DNA of 61,062 nucleotides from an archaeon (lineage in GTDB: Archaea; Nanobdellota; Nanobdellia; Woesearchaeales; UBA9642). Positions 18,146-28,600 of the stretch are shown piece by piece (the first letter of the stretch is position 1; every line of letters begins with the position of its first letter). The DNA lies in contig JAZDHK010000013.1 of NCBI GenBank assembly GCA_043806035.1, positions 1 through 61,062 on the forward strand. Reading direction: 5' to 3'. The notes under the pieces are model-generated. The model saw only the letters and a list, made by a program, of their open reading frames with translations. It searched no databases and had not been told where the DNA came from. The translations under genes and the position numbers were made by a program.

Positions 18146-19336
18146 TTACTTATTGAGTTTAGTCTCCCGCAGAGAGGAAGGAAGGAATAACAGGACGCGT
18201 CGCACGAGCAGTATCCAGAATGGGCTGCACAGCAGCGTCAAAGCAATGACGGAGACGATAAGCTGATAATCAAAGGAGGAGATGAATCCCGAAACAAGAC
18301 CTATGCTTGCCAAAAGGAAGCTGAATTCTCCGATTTGCGCAAGGAGGCTTCCCGCATAGATGCTCTCACCAAGCGTATCGCCAAGGAAATACAATACGAT
18401 TGCGTTGATAAATGTGTTCAGCACGAAGACGAAAAGCACCAGCAACAACACCGTTCCTAAGTTGATGAAGAAGAAGTGCACATCAATCAGCATACCCACA
18501 TACATGAAGAAAAGAGCGACGAGGATGACCCTGAACGGATGCAACGCCGTGCGCACCCATCCCGTCTCCTTTGCCGTGCCGACGATGATTCCTGCAATGA
18601 ATGCTCCGAACGCAGTACTTAGACCAAAGAACGCAGAAATGGCAGCTATACCCAAGCAAAGAATGATGCTCATGAACACCTGCAAATCATGATCGCCTCG
18701 TATGAATTTTGCGAACGGCACGTGCCAACCTTGTCTCCTGTGGATGAGGATGAGCAATCCAACGATGAGCGCGCTGCCGATAATGGGCAAGAGGACATCC
18801 TCCGGGTTCAGCACCCCTTTTCCGAGAAACGTCAAGAGCAAAAGCATAGGAACAAGCGCGATGTCCTGCACCAGCGCTATGCTCAGTACGTTCTGACCTA
18901 TTCTCGTCTTGAGCTCGTTGCGTTCTTCCAGAATTTTCAGGATGACAGCAGTGCTGCTAATAGTTATGACAAAGCCGAAGAGCACACTACGCGCAACATC
19001 CCATCCGAGGAAATGCCCCAGTCCGAGCATAACCAGCACGCTTATCACAATCTGCGCTATCGTACCCAAAATACTGACACGCCATTTAGCAATGAGCTGT
19101 GGTAAAGAAACTTCCATACCGAGAAAGAACAAAAGAATGATGATGCCTATGTTTCCTGCTTCATTGAGCGACTGTACATCCGTCACCAGCTTGAGCACCG
19201 CGGGTCCAGCAACAATTCCTGCGAGGATGTACGCAATAATGTACGGCTGCTTGAAGAAGCGCAGCGTCATAGCTAGTCCGAGAACGACAATGACCATGCC
19301 AAGAATGATGGGAAGTAACGTGCTTTCTGCCACCAA
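18146..19336 (-). CDS. CPA2 cation:proton antiporter (KefB-like membrane domain)
   Basis: QP.I.AYI.AG, SSTAVI, VQDI, FGAFIAG, QIGEFSF. Confidence 0.9.
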   Translation of the reverse strand: MVAESTLLPIILGMVIVVLGLAMTLRFFKQPYIIAYILAGIVAGPAVLKLVTDVQSLNEAGNIGIIILLFFLGMEVSLPQLIAKWRVSILGTIAQIVISVLVMLGLGHFLGWDVARSVLFGFVITISSTAVILKILEERNELKTRIGQNVLSIALVQDIALVPMLLLLTFLGKGVLNPEDVLLPIIGSALIVGLLILIHRRQGWHVPFAKFIRGDHDLQVFMSIILCLGIAAISAFFGLSTAFGAFIAGIIVGTAKETGWVRTALHPFRVILVALFFMYVGMLIDVHFFFINLGTVLLLVLFVFVLNTFINAIVLYFLGDTLGESIYAGSLLAQIGEFSFLLASIGLVSGFISSFDYQLIVSVIALTLLCSPFWILLVRRVLLFLPSSLRETKLNK

Positions 19337-19408
19337 CAGACTGAGTGCGGCGAATGCTTAAAAAGTTTGTGCAAAGATTTATAATGCGCCAGGCATACAC
19401 TGAACCGC

Positions 19409-20359
19409 ATGCTTGAACTCATTTTGTTCATCATCGGCATAGGTTTGCTCGTCAAGGGAGCCAACTGGCTCATCGACGGATCATCCAGCCTGGCGAAACG
19501 GCTCGGCATGTCCAGCCTTGTCATCGGCCTCACCATCCTTGCGTTTGGAACAAGCCTGCCCGAGCTCATCGTCAGCCTTTTTGCTGCAGTGCAGGGCAAT
19601 GGTGACATCGTCCTAGGTAACATCATCGGCAGCAACATTTCCAACATCCTACTGATCCTGGGCATCAGCGCCACGATTATGAGCATACGGGTGACACGCA
19701 CCACGACCTGGAAAGAAATCCCCTTTGCATTCGTCGCCGTGCTCGTGCTGCTCGTCTTTTCCCTGGCACACCGACTGGATAATGTCAGCAGCACCATCTT
19801 CCGCTTCGAGGGCCTGCTCTTGCTGCTGTTCTTCAGCATTTTCGTCTATTACGTCATCGAATTGGCACTCACGACAAAGAAGCACGAAGACATTCCCGTC
19901 AAGCAATTGCCGTTGTGGAAGTGCATGCTGTTCATCATTCTCGGGCTTGCCATGCTCTTCCTGGGCGGGAAATGGGTTGTCGACGGAGCAGTGTTCCTCG
20001 CCCAGCTCCTCGGATTGAGCAAGTACATCATATCCGCCACCATCGTGGCAGTCGGCACGAGTCTTCCCGAATTGGTAACGAGCGTCATTGCCATGATGCG
20101 CAAAGAACACAATCTCGCAGTGGGCAATATCATAGGAAGCAACATCTTCAACATCTTCTTCATTCTAGGCATAACCACCCTGATCACACCCATCACCATC
20201 AGCGCGAGCGTTGTGCTTGACATCATCCTCCTGCTCGGCGCAACACTGCTGCTCTTCGTCTTTTTGCTCTATCCAAAGCCGCACCAGATTACCCGCTGGG
20301 AGGGGGCGTTATTTGTCCTGCTCTACATTGCTTACGTTACCTTCTTGCTATTGCGGTAG
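19409..20359 (+). CDS. Ca2+/Na+ antiporter (YrbG/NCX family)
   Basis: two GTSLPE alpha-repeats with GNIIGSN. Confidence 0.93.
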   Translation: MLELILFIIGIGLLVKGANWLIDGSSSLAKRLGMSSLVIGLTILAFGTSLPELIVSLFAAVQGNGDIVLGNIIGSNISNILLILGISATIMSIRVTRTTTWKEIPFAFVAVLVLLVFSLAHRLDNVSSTIFRFEGLLLLLFFSIFVYYVIELALTTKKHEDIPVKQLPLWKCMLFIILGLAMLFLGGKWVVDGAVFLAQLLGLSKYIISATIVAVGTSLPELVTSVIAMMRKEHNLAVGNIIGSNIFNIFFILGITTLITPITISASVVLDIILLLGATLLLFVFLLYPKPHQITRWEGALFVLLYIAYVTFLLLR

Positions 20360-20944
20360 AAGCAGCGTCGGCCCTTGATCCCACTCTTTTGAGTAACCGA
20401 CGTGCGCGAATCCATGATTCAATGCTACCGTATACACGGCCTGGCTGCTCTTTCGTGGCACGTCCCGTTCTCCTTGGCCTGTGCGTGAGCAGCTGCCGAA
20501 AGGCTCAGTGATGATTGCGCGTTGCATCCCATCGTGTGATTCTGTCGTCTGCATACGTGCGTATTCAAACCTGTGCCTGAACATGTACGTGTAATGGCCA
20601 TTGCCCCTATATGCTGGCCTTATCCACGCACCACCTATGTACATGTTACGGTCGATGCACTCCTCTTTTCCGTAGTTCGGATTGTTCACGACACGCACAC
20701 CGTTCTCGCCTTTCGTGTAGATGTGTTTGTTGTGCACAAAGGAGACAGGAACGTCCCTTTTGAGCAATCCCATGCCGAAGACGTCATTTCCGTCGAGATA
20801 GAGGAAGACCCACACATTTTGATGATCAACCAACTCCCTATAATTCTGCCTGTTGAATGAGAGCAATTCCTCTTCAGGAGGAATTTCGCTTACGAGCTGC
20901 TCGAGAAGATGCAGATCATCTGTTGTCGCGTGTCGTGCATGCAT
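20348..20944 (-). CDS. GNAT-like protein
   Basis: R.AT.DD start, IRPAYRGNG motif, GF..VG; true start ATG 20944. Confidence 0.6.
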   Translation of the reverse strand: MHARHATTDDLHLLEQLVSEIPPEEELLSFNRQNYRELVDHQNVWVFLYLDGNDVFGMGLLKRDVPVSFVHNKHIYTKGENGVRVVNNPNYGKEECIDRNMYIGGAWIRPAYRGNGHYTYMFRHRFEYARMQTTESHDGMQRAIITEPFGSCSRTGQGERDVPRKSSQAVYTVALNHGFAHVGYSKEWDQGPTLLLPQ

Positions 20945-20946
20945 GT

Positions 20947-21249
20947 TCACACCTGGAGGAGGACTATGCCGACAGCAACGGCGGCCATGCCGAGCAGTCC
21001 TGATGCTTTGATGTGGTCTCCTAATGTCAGACCTGCTATGCTGACGAGCACGATGTTCAGCCCGAGATAAACGGTCGTTGCCACGCCAGCGGAGAGGGTG
21101 CGCATGCTCTGCGCATAACAGAGGATGCCTGCGATGTTGAGCAGCAAACCTATGACGAAAGCAAGAGGTTGCCCTTGTCTTGCCCAGATGACGAAAAGCA
21201 CATCGCCTAATGCCACAAGGAGTCCTGCTGCGAGTATGGAGATGTTCAT
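20947..21249 (-). CDS. SMR/DMT-like small membrane transporter
   Basis: 100 aa, four TM helices, GD at the EmrE Glu14-like position. Confidence 0.7.
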   Translation of the reverse strand: MNISILAAGLLVALGDVLFVIWARQGQPLAFVIGLLLNIAGILCYAQSMRTLSAGVATTVYLGLNIVLVSIAGLTLGDHIKASGLLGMAAVAVGIVLLQV

Positions 21250-21289
21250 GCACAAATGGAACGGAAGAGACACTATTAACTTTATGTAA

Positions 21290-21308
21290 AATAATTCACA
21301 AAATTATT
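21290..21308. promoter_or_regulatory. AT-rich palindrome between divergent promoters
   Basis: AATAATT-N5-AATTATT. Confidence 0.3.
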
Positions 21309-21336
21309 AGAGAATGTAAAGATATATAAAGCAGGT

Positions 21337-22032
21337 ATGCGTACAGCAACAATGGCAACAATAGCGCAGATAGTGCATGACTGGTTAGACGAACATCCTT
21401 TCCTCGAAGAGACGCTCTCCCGAGGTCTCGTCAACAATGCAGCGCTAGCAGAGTACCTGCTGCCCCACATCGAGAAGACGCTCAAGAAAAAAATAAAATT
21501 CTCCGCAGCAAACATGGCAATACGCCGCCACACCGAGCGCATCAAGACAAGACCTTTGCTTCAACAAGCATTCCCCCCATCTGATCTGAGCATCCGCTCT
21601 GACCTCATCGAGATAACCATCTACAAGCATCCCGAAGTACAATTGCACATGCAGGCATTGTACGGCATCATCGATTTGAAAAAAGGGGATTTTCTCACCG
21701 TCACGCAAGGACAGCATGAGGTCATGATCATCACCAACGCACGGCACGAGAGGGCGATCCTCAAGCAATTCCCTGCACGGCTGATCAAGAAAGTCATCCG
21801 TTCTTTGAGCAGCATCTCGATTACCTTGCCTGAAGAGAGCACGACCATGCTCGGACTGTTCTATCTTGCCAGCAGGGCACTGAATTGGGACAATGTCACC
21901 ATCATCGATGTCGTCTCCACTCTCACAGAAATGACGTTTCTCGTAAGAGAAGAGGACACGCCGCGCGCATACACTGCCTTGCACCAGCTCACACGTGGGA
22001 GCTGTGCGGTTTCTTCTCATGCACGCTCATGA
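21337..22032 (+). CDS. ACT-domain protein with N-terminal HTH-like region
   Basis: PFL...L..G.VN..ALA..L, C-terminal ACT strand (IIDVVSTLTEMTF). Confidence 0.75.
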   Translation: MRTATMATIAQIVHDWLDEHPFLEETLSRGLVNNAALAEYLLPHIEKTLKKKIKFSAANMAIRRHTERIKTRPLLQQAFPPSDLSIRSDLIEITIYKHPEVQLHMQALYGIIDLKKGDFLTVTQGQHEVMIITNARHERAILKQFPARLIKKVIRSLSSISITLPEESTTMLGLFYLASRALNWDNVTIIDVVSTLTEMTFLVREEDTPRAYTALHQLTRGSCAVSSHARS

Positions 22033-24658
22033 CGGTCTTGGCCAATTCCATGATGAACAGGCCAAACAACGCTATGCCTGTTATGACCAGCCAATCATTC
22101 AGGCTCAATCCTGTCGTGCCGAAGATGTGCTGCAAGAACGGAATGTACATCACCAGTACTTGCACGCAGAACGATGCCGTGATTCCTAAGAACAGCCACT
22201 TGTTCGTGAACGGATTCACTTTCGAGAACGGCTTCATGGACCTATTTCCTAGGACGGCGAATAGTTGGAACATGACCAGCATGGTGAACGCCATGGTGTG
22301 CGCATACCTTTCTCCGAGAGGCAGGGCTTTGACGAACACATACAATGTTCCTATGCTCATGACCATGCCAAAAAGAACAATCAAGCCAAGCAGCGCTCCC
22401 GAGATGGGCTGTTCTTTTGGATTGCGCGGAGTCCGCATCATGATGTCCTGTTCTGATTCTTCCCTGCTCAACCCTAATGCAGGGAATCCATCCGTGATGA
22501 GGTTCATGAGCAGTATCTGCAAAGGTATCATGGGCAGAGGGAATGCAAGCGCAAGCGCGAGCAGCACGCTCAGAATCTCTCCTGCATTGCAGGACAGCAA
22601 ATACCGAACTGATTTGATGATCTTGTCATAGATGTTCCTGCCTTCAGCGATGCCGTTCACGATCGTCGCAAAATTATCATCGGTTATCGTCGCCTTCGCC
22701 GCTTCCTTCGCAACAGTGGTTCCTGAACCCATGGCGATGCCGATATCCGCACGCTTGAGCGCAGGCGCATCATTCACGCCATCACCCGTCATGGCAACGA
22801 TTTCCCCTTTCTTCTGGAGCACGGTCACAATCCGCAATTTCTGCAAAGGCATGGCCCGTGCAACGATGCGAATGTCGTGGATTTTGTCCTCGAGCTCTTC
22901 CTCGCTCATGGCGTCAAGCTGCTCTCCCGTGATGGCAAGATCCCCTTCATCGAAGAGGCCTATCTGCTTGGCAACTGCCTTTGCCGTGACTACATGATCT
23001 CCCGTGATGACCATGACGCGTATGCTCGCCTGCTTGCACTGCTGTACGGCATCCTTGACTTCCTCGCGCGGCGGATCGATCATGCCGACAAGCCCTATAC
23101 AAATGAGATCTTTCTCCACGAGGTCAACCTTGTACTTTCCTTTCTTCACGGGCTTGTACGCGAGTGCGAGGACACGCAACGCCTGTCCCGCAAAGTCCTC
23201 ATTCTTCGCAAGCAACACCCTCTTGAGACGCGACGTGAGCGGGACAATCTTGCCATGCATCAGGACGTGCGTGCACTTGTTCAGGATGATGTCCGGAGCG
23301 CCCTTGACATACGCTTCTCGCTTCCCCGTTCGCTTGTCTTCGTAAATGACGCTCATCATCTTTCTCGTGCTGTTGAACGGGAATTCCTCTATTCTCGAGA
23401 GCGTCTCGGAAATAGCCACATTCACTTTTCGTGCGAGGACGAGCAAGCTCCCTTCCGTGGGATCGCCGATGAGTTCCCATTGGCTCTCTCCTCGAACAAC
23501 GCGTGCATTATTGCAGCACGTGCCAGCAAGGGCGAGCTTGACAATTTTTTTTGCATCGACTTGTTTCCCGCCAATGGACAATTGGCCAGTGGGTTCGTAG
23601 CCTGAGCCGCTCACCGCTATAGTCTCACCCTGCACAAACAGTCTTGTTACCGTCATTTGATTCTTTGTCAGCGTCCCTGTCTTGTCCGTGCAGATGTACG
23701 TTATGCTCCCTAAGCTTTCGGCAGCAGGCAATTTCTTGATGATCATCTTCTTCTGGGCAAGCACCTTCGCCCCGAGAGAAAGACTCACGGTAACAATGGC
23801 AGGCAACGCAGAGGGCACGGCAGCGATGGCGAGGCTGAGCGCGACGAGCAACATTTGTGCAGTAGACATGCTGCCACGCAACATGCCAATGCCAAAAATG
23901 ATGATGATGAGTATGACTGCCGTCATGCCGAGCTCTTTCGAGAGCTGCTCGAACTTCTTTTGCAGGGGCGTCTTGGTTTCCTTGCTTTCCTGCAGCGTCG
24001 TCGCTATTTTCCCAAATTCGGTCTGCATGCCCGTTGCAACAACTACTGCCTTGCCTTTGCCATACGTGAGGGTTGTCCCCTTGAACGCCATGTTTTCCTG
24101 GTCTGCGATGGGCGTGTTCAGGGGCAGCATGCCCGTCATCTTTTCAGAAGGCAAGCTCTCTCCGGTCAACGATGCCTCATCTATCTGCAAGTGCGTCTCC
24201 TCGATAAGACGGACGTCCGCAGGGACGATATCTCCCTCTTCCAGGAGGATGATGTCACCAGGCACGAGATCCTTGGCGGGAATGATGGTCGGCTTGCCAT
24301 CCCGAAAGACCGTCGCTTTCGGAGAAGAAAGTTTTTCGAGCGCCTCGACTGCTTTTTCTGCACGGTATTCCTGGAAGAAGCCGAGGATTGCCGAGAAGAG
24401 CGCGATGCACAGCATTGCTGCAGTTTCTGCAATCTCTCCCAAGAAAAGACTGATGAGCGCTGCTGCAAGTAGGAGTAGGATGAGCACGTTCTTGAACTGC
24501 GCAAAAAAGATGCGCAGCATGCTCGTCTTCTGCATGCGCACGATCTCATTCAGGCCATACTGCGCCTGGCGTGCACTGGCTTCTGCGGATGACAGCCCTT
24601 GTTCGCTGGTCTTGCACAGCTGTAATGCTTCCCGCACGCCCACATCGTGAAATGGCAT
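21989..24658 (-). CDS. cation-transporting P-type ATPase (P2A, Ca2+-like)
   Basis: TGES, DKTGTLT, KGAP, TGD, GDGVNDAP. Confidence 0.95.
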   Translation of the reverse strand: MPFHDVGVREALQLCKTSEQGLSSAEASARQAQYGLNEIVRMQKTSMLRIFFAQFKNVLILLLLAAALISLFLGEIAETAAMLCIALFSAILGFFQEYRAEKAVEALEKLSSPKATVFRDGKPTIIPAKDLVPGDIILLEEGDIVPADVRLIEETHLQIDEASLTGESLPSEKMTGMLPLNTPIADQENMAFKGTTLTYGKGKAVVVATGMQTEFGKIATTLQESKETKTPLQKKFEQLSKELGMTAVILIIIIFGIGMLRGSMSTAQMLLVALSLAIAAVPSALPAIVTVSLSLGAKVLAQKKMIIKKLPAAESLGSITYICTDKTGTLTKNQMTVTRLFVQGETIAVSGSGYEPTGQLSIGGKQVDAKKIVKLALAGTCCNNARVVRGESQWELIGDPTEGSLLVLARKVNVAISETLSRIEEFPFNSTRKMMSVIYEDKRTGKREAYVKGAPDIILNKCTHVLMHGKIVPLTSRLKRVLLAKNEDFAGQALRVLALAYKPVKKGKYKVDLVEKDLICIGLVGMIDPPREEVKDAVQQCKQASIRVMVITGDHVVTAKAVAKQIGLFDEGDLAITGEQLDAMSEEELEDKIHDIRIVARAMPLQKLRIVTVLQKKGEIVAMTGDGVNDAPALKRADIGIAMGSGTTVAKEAAKATITDDNFATIVNGIAEGRNIYDKIIKSVRYLLSCNAGEILSVLLALALAFPLPMIPLQILLMNLITDGFPALGLSREESEQDIMMRTPRNPKEQPISGALLGLIVLFGMVMSIGTLYVFVKALPLGERYAHTMAFTMLVMFQLFAVLGNRSMKPFSKVNPFTNKWLFLGITASFCVQVLVMYIPFLQHIFGTTGLSLNDWLVITGIALFGLFIMELAKTVMSVHEKKPHSSHV

Positions 24659-24753
24659 GGGTCTTTTTGCAGATGCACACTATATAAATATTCGTCATTA
24701 CGCATGCGTGAAACGGTGAGAAACTTTATATAGGCACGATATTGGACAGGTAC

Positions 24754-25359
24754 ATGCCTACTGAGGAAGAATTAGAGCAGATGTCTCCTGAGGAACTCGC
24801 CGCATACCAGAAGGCGAACTGCCTGTTCTGCAAGATCATTGCCAAAGAAGTGCAGAGCAAAATCGTGTATGAGGATGAGAGCGTGCTGTGCATCCTCGAC
24901 ATCAATCCCGCAGCGCCAGGCCACGTCCTCGTCATCCCGAAAGAGCATTATGCACTTCTCCCGCAGATTCCCGAGGAGGTCATGGCAAAGCTCTTCCTTG
25001 TCGCGCAGCACGTGAGCAACGCCATGCTGCGGGCGCTCGACACGCAAGGCACGACGCTCTTTCTTGCGAACGGCGCAGTTGCAGGCCAGCGAAGCCCGCA
25101 TTTCCTCTTCCATGTCATCCCTCGGTCTGAGAATGATAACATCCTGCCCGTGCCGGACAAGCAGCTCCCTGATGCGCAAGCACAGGAGTTCAAACGCGTC
25201 CTTCCTGCGCTGCTCGCACGCACGTTCGGCCAACCACCTCCAATAACCGAGAAAAAAATGCCGCCACCTCCGCCAAACACTCCTGCAGCACCTGCGCCAA
25301 AGCCAGCCGCGCAGCTCACCGATGACAGTCTTGATGACATTGCGGGGTTGTTCACATGA
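24754..25359 (+). CDS. HIT-family protein, degenerate triad (HFLFH)
   Basis: CLFCKI, LDINPA.PGHVLVIPK.H, HVIPR; Pro-rich tail. Confidence 0.88.
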   Translation: MPTEEELEQMSPEELAAYQKANCLFCKIIAKEVQSKIVYEDESVLCILDINPAAPGHVLVIPKEHYALLPQIPEEVMAKLFLVAQHVSNAMLRALDTQGTTLFLANGAVAGQRSPHFLFHVIPRSENDNILPVPDKQLPDAQAQEFKRVLPALLARTFGQPPPITEKKMPPPPPNTPAAPAPKPAAQLTDDSLDDIAGLFT

Positions 25360-25961
25360 CGTGCGAGCTATGCGAACGCATGAAGAATGACGCGCTCTTC
25401 GTCAGCGATGCATTTGCCGTCCTGCTTCCAAAAAAAGTATTCTTGCCAGGGCACCTCATCCTCGCTCCTCGAAAACATCATGTCATCCTGGAAGAGCTTT
25501 CTGCAGAAGAGCTCAGTGTGCTGTTCGGGGCGGCAAACAAGATCTCGAGCCTGCTCTTCGATAGTCTGCAGGCGCACGGCACCAACCTGCTCGTGAGGAA
25601 CGGCATCCCTGCAGGGCAGGACGTGGGACATATCGTCATCGACATCATCCCACGATGGAAGACGGACAATCTCAACCTGCAATGGCCACCGCAGCAACTG
25701 CCTGCTGACGTGTTCGAGAAGAGCTTTTCTCGTCTGACCGCCGAGCTGGAAGGCAACATTCCGGGGCACAAGCCGAAAGAGGAGACGTACGTCATGGACG
25801 AGAGCGGAGGAATAACCACTGAAGAACAACCCTCCCCTGAACAGGACATACCGGATAGCCAATCTCTTCCCGAAGATACACCCACAGATAAGCAAGCAAA
25901 GAACACGCCGTGGAAACCTCCGCAGGACAATCGCCTAAGACACTTGCTGCGACTACCATAA
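25356..25961 (+). CDS. HIT-family protein, degenerate triad (HIVID)
   Basis: CELC, GHLILAP..H, NG..AGQ, IIPR; acidic tail. Confidence 0.82.
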   Translation: MTCELCERMKNDALFVSDAFAVLLPKKVFLPGHLILAPRKHHVILEELSAEELSVLFGAANKISSLLFDSLQAHGTNLLVRNGIPAGQDVGHIVIDIIPRWKTDNLNLQWPPQQLPADVFEKSFSRLTAELEGNIPGHKPKEETYVMDESGGITTEEQPSPEQDIPDSQSLPEDTPTDKQAKNTPWKPPQDNRLRHLLRLP

Positions 25962-26780
25962 CACGAGCCAATTACCCAGAGCAAGGTAGGCGAGCAATGC
26001 TATGAGGAAGCTCGGCACGAAGGGAATGCCTATCTTGACGAGCACGGTCTTTCTTTTTTTCTTGAGCAGGGCAATCTGTTGTTTGGTTACTCCCGTCTTT
26101 CCTATGCGCTTTCCCTGCACCAGAATTTCTTCCGCAAGCCAGTCACCCTCGGTGAGCTTACGCACGGGAAGTGCAACTATCATGATTGTTCGTTCAATGA
26201 GTCGCGTGAAGATGAGCAGGATGTAGAGCACGTAGAGCACTGCTGTGCAGGCGATGAGGATGAGTCGTGCAGTGTCGTGCAAGAGCAGGAATGCGCAAGC
26301 GAGTAGGATAATGACGAGTATAAGAACGCTCACCCTGATTCGCAGCATGCGTGGCGTGCTCGTGTATGCGTGCAGCGCTGAAAAAAAGGTCTTCCTGTGC
26401 TTGATGGCAAGTCCTATGCTCCAGAAGATGCCATACACTGCGCCGCCAATGAGCAAGTTCACGAGAAACGTCAAGAAGTCAGGATGTTCAAACCAGAGAC
26501 CGATCACGCTGCCAACACCCATGATGAGCATGCTGTCACCACCACCCCACTGTCCCGTGTAGTACATCAGTACGGCAACCAGCAGTCCAGCAGCAAGGCC
26601 GACAAGCATAATGAGAAAAGGCATCCACGACAACATGATGAGTGATTTGGCAATAGCATAAAAGATGCCGAAACACACGAGAGAAAAGCTCAAGAGGTCA
26701 GGCACTTCCCGCGTGCGAATGTCAATGATGGTGCTGATGAGCAATGCCACAAAAAGAACCACTGCAGGAATGATATCCAT
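25953..26780 (-). CDS. A24 prepilin/preflagellin peptidase
   Basis: DIRTREVPD, GGGD, LTEGD, IPFVP. Confidence 0.88.
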   Translation of the reverse strand: MDIIPAVVLFVALLISTIIDIRTREVPDLLSFSLVCFGIFYAIAKSLIMLSWMPFLIMLVGLAAGLLVAVLMYYTGQWGGGDSMLIMGVGSVIGLWFEHPDFLTFLVNLLIGGAVYGIFWSIGLAIKHRKTFFSALHAYTSTPRMLRIRVSVLILVIILLACAFLLLHDTARLILIACTAVLYVLYILLIFTRLIERTIMIVALPVRKLTEGDWLAEEILVQGKRIGKTGVTKQQIALLKKKRKTVLVKIGIPFVPSFLIALLAYLALGNWLVLW

Positions 26781-26879
26781 GCTGTGCCAGTCTGCCAAGG
26801 ATTATAAAAAAGTATCGTTATGATCCGCAATTAACCTGCAATGCATACAATTTAAAAAATACATCGCACCTATCAATGC

Positions 26880-28595
26880 ATGCACGATGCGTACATCAGA
26901 GCAATCATCACTGCATTGCTCGAGCGCAAGCCAAAAAAAGATGACGTCTCACGAATCAAGCAAGACCTGGCGAAGCAGTACGGTGCTGCTGCATTGCCGA
27001 CAGACATAACCGTGCTCATGCATGCAACACAGGAAGAATATGCACTGCTCAAGAACGTGCTGACGACGAAGCCGACACGAACCATCTCCGGAGTAACGGT
27101 TGTTGCCATCATGTGCAGGCCGGACAATTGCCCGCACGGCAGATGTATCATGTGCCCGGGAGGGACTGGTTCTGCATTTGGTGATGTCCCGCAAAGCTAC
27201 ACGGGCAAAGAGCCCGCTACCCTGCGGGCAATTCGTAACAGGTATGATCCGTACTTGCAAATCATGAACCGTCTCGAGCAGTATATTGTCCTCGGTCAGA
27301 GTCCGCAGAAAGTCGAACTCATCATCATGGGCGGCACGTTCCCCGCATACGATAAAGACTATCGCGACAAGTTCATTATCATGTGCTACCAGGCCATGAA
27401 TGACTTCTCCCAGCAATTTTTTGACATGCAGGGAAATTTGCTTCTCGAGAAGTTCAAGACATTCTTCGAGCTTCCCGGCAGCGTCGGGGATGGAGACAGG
27501 ACGACACGTATCCACCAGAAGCTGCTACTGCTCAAGGAGGCAAGGCAGGCTCTGCTCGAAGAAGAGCAGCACAGCAATGAACGCGCGTTCATCAAATGCA
27601 TCGGCCTCACGATAGAGACAAGACCGGATTGGGGCAGATTGGCCGTAGGCAACGATCTCTTGCAGTACGGCTGCACCCGCGTGGAAGTCGGTATCCAAAG
27701 CATCTACAACAACGTACTACATGCTATCAACCGCGGCCATACTGACGAAGAATCACGACACTGTCTGCAGGAGCTCAAGGATCTTGGCTTCAAGATCAAC
27801 GTGCACTACATGCCCGGACTTCCTGGACTAGCCGAGAATGGGCAGAAGGATATTGCCGGGATGAAGGCGCTTTTTGAGAATCCTGCATACCGGCCAGACA
27901 TGCTGAAACTGTATCCGTGCATGGTCATGCCGGGAACTCCACTGTACGAGCAGTTCAAGAGAGGACAGTACACACCCATCGATGCACGAGAGGCGGCCTT
28001 GCGCATCGCAGAACTCAAGTGTATCGTGCCGAGATACTGCAGGATCATGCGCATCCAGCGAGATATTCCCACGTACAGGACGGTTGCTGGCGTCGAGAAA
28101 ACAAATCTTCGGCAGGATGTTGATGCGCTCATGCGTGATCACGGATGGACTTGCCAGTGCATTCGCTGTCGAGAAATAAAAGGGAAAAAAATTTCTGGAG
28201 CGTGGCAGTTCGAGATCATCCCGTATGACGCCTCAGACGGCAAGGAGCTCTTCATCTCGATTAAGGACGAAAAGGATAGGCTGCTCGGCTTTGCCAGGAT
28301 GCGCTATCCGTCTGCTGCATTGCGCCCAGAAATAACTGAGAAGAGCGCGCTCATCAGGGAACTGCACGTGTACGGCAGCGCCGTCACTCTCGGCACACAG
28401 GGAGGGGAGAAGGAAACGCAGCACAAAGGCTTCGGTAAGATGCTGATGGAAAAAGCAGAGGAGCTGGCATGCAGAGACGGCAAGGAAAAAATGATCATCA
28501 TTTCTGGCGTCGGTGTTAGAGCATATTATCGCAAGTTAGGATATACGTTGGAAGGTCCGTACATGACAAAATTTATGAGCAGAGAGGATTTGTGA
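26880..28595 (+). CDS. elp3: Elp3 tRNA U34 carboxymethyltransferase (radical SAM + KAT)
   Basis: CPHGRC.MCPGG, QSYTG.EP, ETRPD, RELHVYG, QHKGFG. Confidence 0.95.
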   Translation: MHDAYIRAIITALLERKPKKDDVSRIKQDLAKQYGAAALPTDITVLMHATQEEYALLKNVLTTKPTRTISGVTVVAIMCRPDNCPHGRCIMCPGGTGSAFGDVPQSYTGKEPATLRAIRNRYDPYLQIMNRLEQYIVLGQSPQKVELIIMGGTFPAYDKDYRDKFIIMCYQAMNDFSQQFFDMQGNLLLEKFKTFFELPGSVGDGDRTTRIHQKLLLLKEARQALLEEEQHSNERAFIKCIGLTIETRPDWGRLAVGNDLLQYGCTRVEVGIQSIYNNVLHAINRGHTDEESRHCLQELKDLGFKINVHYMPGLPGLAENGQKDIAGMKALFENPAYRPDMLKLYPCMVMPGTPLYEQFKRGQYTPIDAREAALRIAELKCIVPRYCRIMRIQRDIPTYRTVAGVEKTNLRQDVDALMRDHGWTCQCIRCREIKGKKISGAWQFEIIPYDASDGKELFISIKDEKDRLLGFARMRYPSAALRPEITEKSALIRELHVYGSAVTLGTQGGEKETQHKGFGKMLMEKAEELACRDGKEKMIIISGVGVRAYYRKLGYTLEGPYMTKFMSREDL

Positions 28596-28600
28596 GGAAC

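Noticed and set aside
20945-21253. 301-aa ORF 20348..21253 as a single gene
   Set aside because: Its 5' part is an alternate frame of the SMR-like gene; the GNAT-like gene starts at 20944
23682-24650. Long antisense or alternate-frame ORFs (also 13187..13942, 32290..33465, 43750..44667, 52739..53638)
   Set aside because: Shadows of well-supported genes with no recognisable motifs
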